In this document: positions 60,005 through 64,000 of the stretch, piece after piece
Layout: each line of letters starts with the position of its first letter
Numbering within the stretch: the first letter of the stretch is position 1
IMG/VR virus record: IMGVR_UViG_2582580961_000003
Span: 6,302-70,301 of that record
DNA from: a virus
Taxonomy: Duplodnaviria > Caudoviricetes
Length of the DNA stretch: 64,000 bases
Strand: one strand, 5' to 3'
Notes under the pieces: generated by a model
Database searches by the model: none
Seen by the model: the letters and a program-made list of their open reading frames with translations, nothing else
What the model was told of the DNA's origin: nothing
Program-made: the position numbers and the translations under genes

Positions 60005-62836
60005 ATGTCATATGTAGATTATAGACATCAATATATAAAGCCAAAAGAAGTAAGATTATCCCTTTCCAAAGCAGATATGAAAACAAAAGCAATACTCAAA
60101 GAAGCATACAATATTGCTGCTACGTTTAGATTTGAAGAATTAAGTTCCCTTTCTTTTACAGTCCCTTTCAAACGTGAGAAAAATGGCAAGATGGTTACAA
60201 ATAAACATACAGAAATGTTACGTGAAAGATTCTTAATCAAATTCAAGTATATGAATATTGAAGAGTATTTCATTATCAACGAAGTCACAAATGAGTTAAC
60301 TGAAAGTGGAGAAGAAAATAAAAATGTAACAGCCTCCCTCCTACCCTATGAGTTAAAAAGTGAAGTTATAAGACTCTTTAAGCAAGATGGATTAAATGCA
60401 CGTCAAGTCTTAATGGGTGGTACTCCTCAACGTGATGAGGAAGGAAATATCATTGCTGATGACATTGGTGGAATTTTAAAGAACACTAACTGGACTGTAG
60501 GAATCATCGATGCAAGTTTTGAAATCAGTACAAGATTTTTTGAATGGGATGAAATCACAGCGTTAGACGCCCTATTTCAAGTTGCTGAAACTTATAATGC
60601 TATCGTTACCTTTGACACTAAGAATCGTAAAATTAACTTAGTTAAAAAAGAATCAATTGGTAAAGATCAACGCTTTACAATTGGTTACGGTAAGTATGCT
60701 AAGTCAATGAGTCTAACAAGCAATGCAGATGATGTTGTGACACGTATGATTGCTACTGGTCGAGAAGGAATTACATTTAGCAGTATTAATCCAACTGGTC
60801 TGAGCTATATTGACGATTTCTCTTTCTACTTAGAACCATTTAAACGTGATAAAAATACAAAGAAGACATTGCAATCAAGCCACTATATGTCAGATTCATT
60901 ATGTCATGCGTTGTTAGATTATCAGGAGTTAGTTGCAAGTAAGGATGGAATTCTGAAGAATTTGTTTGATTCACTTACATCTAAACAAAAAGAAATTGAT
61001 GATAAATCTTATGAATTGAGCAATTTAGAGATTGAATATACAAAGATTGATGATAATCTAGACATTGCTAAGTCACTAGAAGCAGACACAACAAATTTAG
61101 AATTAGAGTTGGCAGCTATGCAAAAGAAATTAGATGATAAAAAAGCAGAAATTGTTGCTCTTGAAACAACTCAGCAATCAACTAGAAAACACATATCTGA
61201 CTTACAAATTGAATTATCTTCTGATAAGAATTTTACAGACGCTCAGATTAAGGAATTGAAGAATTACATCCATGTTCGAACATTCTCTGATGATTTATGT
61301 ATTACTCCTGAAGATGTACTTAGACGTGCGAATGAAGAATTAGATAAAGTAAAGTATCCTCAATTAACGGTCAACACAGATATTGTAAACCTCTTTAAAA
61401 TTGTAGAAGAACATAAGAATTGGGATAGATTAAATCTTGGTGATACAATTCGTATTCGCTATGACAAAGTTGATATCAATATTAAAGCAAGAGTAACAGA
61501 AATGACTTTTGACTTTGAAAATGAATCAATTGGTTTAGTAATTTCCAATGTAACAAAAGGAAAAGATATCACAGATAAATTATTTGAATCTATGAAACAG
61601 TCCTCTTCTACTACTACATCGGTGAATATCAACAAATCAAAATGGAGCAAAATTGAAGAAACTCGCAATGAACTGCAAAAGTTTATGAATTCTGAGTTTG
61701 ACGCAACATCCAAACGTATTATTGCAGGAGTAAATGAGTCAGTTGTTATTGATCGTAAAGGAATTAGAATTACAAACCCTAACTTCCCTGATGATGTAAT
61801 TGTCATTCAATCAGGTGTAATTGCTCTGTCTAGAGATCGGGGTAACACATGGCAGACTGCAATCAAACCTGATGGAATTATATCTGAACGATTAATCGGT
61901 AAGATTTTATTAGGTAACAAATTAGAGATTGATGCATCAGATAAAGACGGAAATAAAACATTTACTGTAGATGCTAATGGTGTTTGGTTGAATGGAATGG
62001 CTTTATACATAACTGGTGAAGATGATGAGAACTTAATCGAACGCTGGAATCAAGCTGTAACTCAAGGTAAGATGTATAATGGTGTAAAAATTGATATCGT
62101 TGAAGGTTTCTCTGTGTTGCGTAGTGATGAAAAAGTAAAAACCGTTATGAACGCTACAGATGGGATGTCTATTTCACATTATGATGATAGCACTCAATCT
62201 TGGATTAAAAAGTTTTATGTTGATACGGATGGAAACATTCAAGGTAAAGATATTACAATTGACCGCCTTATTGTTAGAAATGGAAACAATGTTGTTATTG
62301 ACGGGGTAAATGGAATTATCGACTTTGATCAATTTGTTGAGAAGCGTGGAAAAGTTGGCACTACTAATATTGATTTAGAGGATGTAACTAGAAATTTAGG
62401 AATTACAGATGAGAATATCATTGGGACGATATCTGCTCCAAAATTAAATCTTGGTCAAAATTTAAGAGGAACTGTAGTTAAGAACGTAAATGGTGACACT
62501 ACATTTGAGATTGATACGAGTGGAAATTTCAAACCTTATAACATTAAAGATTCTTCTTTATCAGGCAATACGAGAGTTTCAGATTCATTGGATTTAACTC
62601 AAGCAGACATTTTATGGGATATTAAATCTCGTGGGATTAATGTCTCCGTCCCCCAAGGGGCTACATCAGTAAATATTACAGGTTTAAGCAATAGTAATAC
62701 TAATTATAGTGTCTACGTCACTCCATCTTGGATGACGTTATTTGCTGTACCTGTAAAATTAGCAAGTGGTTTTACGATTGAATTTGGTACACCTGCCCCA
62801 GCAAATGCAACGATTGATTGGTTTTCAATAAAGTGA
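60005..62836 (+). CDS. Tail spike/baseplate hub (Tal, YomG-like)
   Basis: Follows Dit; VVTRMIATG, INPTG, LNLGDTI motifs and a coiled coil. Confidence 0.8.
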   Translation: MSYVDYRHQYIKPKEVRLSLSKADMKTKAILKEAYNIAATFRFEELSSLSFTVPFKREKNGKMVTNKHTEMLRERFLIKFKYMNIEEYFIINEVTNELTESGEENKNVTASLLPYELKSEVIRLFKQDGLNARQVLMGGTPQRDEEGNIIADDIGGILKNTNWTVGIIDASFEISTRFFEWDEITALDALFQVAETYNAIVTFDTKNRKINLVKKESIGKDQRFTIGYGKYAKSMSLTSNADDVVTRMIATGREGITFSSINPTGLSYIDDFSFYLEPFKRDKNTKKTLQSSHYMSDSLCHALLDYQELVASKDGILKNLFDSLTSKQKEIDDKSYELSNLEIEYTKIDDNLDIAKSLEADTTNLELELAAMQKKLDDKKAEIVALETTQQSTRKHISDLQIELSSDKNFTDAQIKELKNYIHVRTFSDDLCITPEDVLRRANEELDKVKYPQLTVNTDIVNLFKIVEEHKNWDRLNLGDTIRIRYDKVDINIKARVTEMTFDFENESIGLVISNVTKGKDITDKLFESMKQSSSTTTSVNINKSKWSKIEETRNELQKFMNSEFDATSKRIIAGVNESVVIDRKGIRITNPNFPDDVIVIQSGVIALSRDRGNTWQTAIKPDGIISERLIGKILLGNKLEIDASDKDGNKTFTVDANGVWLNGMALYITGEDDENLIERWNQAVTQGKMYNGVKIDIVEGFSVLRSDEKVKTVMNATDGMSISHYDDSTQSWIKKFYVDTDGNIQGKDITIDRLIVRNGNNVVIDGVNGIIDFDQFVEKRGKVGTTNIDLEDVTRNLGITDENIIGTISAPKLNLGQNLRGTVVKNVNGDTTFEIDTSGNFKPYNIKDSSLSGNTRVSDSLDLTQADILWDIKSRGINVSVPQGATSVNITGLSNSNTNYSVYVTPSWMTLFAVPVKLASGFTIEFGTPAPANATIDWFSIK

Positions 62837-62927
62837 CATTTATGTAAAAACATACTTTTATAGAGAAATTAACAATAAAAAGACTAGGTGAAATTAGTGT
62901 TTATCTAGTCTTGATAGGAGGTCATTT

Positions 62928-64000
62928 ATGTACGGCAAGAAAATTACCGAGCAAGAGCTATCGAATGACTTATTAGAAAAATTAGACACTCTCTTAGCTT
63001 TTGCTAATGATGTTGATGTAATTAAAGATTTACTTAACGGTGAACTCCCCGTATTGGAACAAGTTGATGCTTTGATTTCAGATGTCGGAGATTTAAATGA
63101 ACTAAACACTGAAGAGAAAATAAGCATTGTTAATGCAATAAATAATATTTACCAAGATATCCATTCAACCAATATTGGATTATCTTCTTTAACACGACAA
63201 CTTGAAAGAACTTCTGAAAAAATAGGAAGTCTCGATAACCTAGAAACCAACATAAAAGATGATGTAGTTAATGCAGTCAACAGTATTCATAACACTGTTG
63301 TAAACAATAAAAGTGAGCTTGTGAGCAGTATTGAAACTGAGAAAAACAGAGTTAATTCAGCTATCGGTAACTTATCAACAAGTCTTACTGCACAATTGGC
63401 TGAAAAAGTTCAGAAAGAGAAACTGATTACGGATACTTACGGTGTAAGCATAGAAAAGACAATTGGTGTAAATATCCATGAACTTCAATATGATGTTGAT
63501 TACACAAATGTAAAAAGTTATGGAATAAATATTGTTAGGAACACTTTAGCTTGGGATTTAATTGAAAAAGTTAAAGGTGAATATAATTTTACGCCAAGTG
63601 AAATTAATTATGACCAGATCATTCAGACATTTACTAATAACGACATTAAACCATATATCACTTTAATGCCTTCAAACTTGCTTTACACACCTAAACTTTT
63701 CGGTGCTTTAGACACCGATGTTAAAAGACAGGCTTATGCAAATTGGGCAGCGACATGTGCCAATCGATATAAAAACAAGGGTATTTATTGGGAAATTTAT
63801 AATGAACCTAATACAGAGTGGGGGTGGACTCCGCAAACAAACAGTGCTTATCATTACACAGAATTAGTTAAAAAATCTTCTCCTTTAATAAAACAGAACG
63901 ACCCTAGTGGGTTAGTTGTTGCTCCTGCTTTGTTCGGTCCCGACTTATTTAAAGGCGAAAGGTATTGGAGGTATTGGTTAGAAAATACGTTTAAAAATGG
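62928..64000 (+). CDS. Tail fibre/receptor-binding protein with clan GH-A (GH5/GH39-like) glycoside hydrolase domain; runs off the window
   Basis: Absent from the ORF track. RBS AGGAGG; fibre repeats VGDLNELNT..SIVNAIN and IGSLDNLET..VVNAVN; then IGVNIH, VRNTLAWDLIE, WEIYNEP. Confidence 0.8.
   Translation, partial: MYGKKITEQELSNDLLEKLDTLLAFANDVDVIKDLLNGELPVLEQVDALISDVGDLNELNTEEKISIVNAINNIYQDIHSTNIGLSSLTRQLERTSEKIGSLDNLETNIKDDVVNAVNSIHNTVVNNKSELVSSIETEKNRVNSAIGNLSTSLTAQLAEKVQKEKLITDTYGVSIEKTIGVNIHELQYDVDYTNVKSYGINIVRNTLAWDLIEKVKGEYNFTPSEINYDQIIQTFTNNDIKPYITLMPSNLLYTPKLFGALDTDVKRQAYANWAATCANRYKNKGIYWEIYNEPNTEWGWTPQTNSAYHYTELVKKSSPLIKQNDPSGLVVAPALFGPDLFKGERYWRYWLENTFKN

Noticed and set aside
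1-64000. tRNA genes, arbitrium aimR/aimP, and a relaxase for the FtsK module
   Set aside because: None recognised by eye in this window; they may lie outside it or have been missed without a search.

Overview
AT-rich (roughly one-third G+C) segment of a large temperate Bacillus-group siphophage or prophage of the SPbeta type. Bases 1-24040 read leftward and hold early/accessory genes: a polyvalent-protein-like ORF, many small ORFs behind near-identical sigma-A promoters, an orphan TnpB, a GIY-YIG nuclease, an AEP primase flanked by 30-bp direct repeats, a 1.1-kb non-coding strand-skew switch, RecD2, and a compact TubR/TubZ + iteron + M23 + pilin-like + VirB6-like + FtsK module. From ~24140 the genes read rightward and follow the SPbeta yon/yom order: YonO-type RNA polymerase, HU, PhoH, HNH, a highly structured ~460-nt non-coding tract, YonK/YonJ, ClpP, terminase (group I intron with HNH), portal, capsid, tail genes, a tyrosine recombinase, tape measure protein (ORF-less group I intron), distal tail, tail spike and a fibre with a clan GH-A glycoside hydrolase. 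The best candidates for undescribed biology are the relaxase-less TubZ/FtsK/membrane-channel module and the ornate ncRNA. All family calls come from motifs and gene order read by eye; no searches were run.
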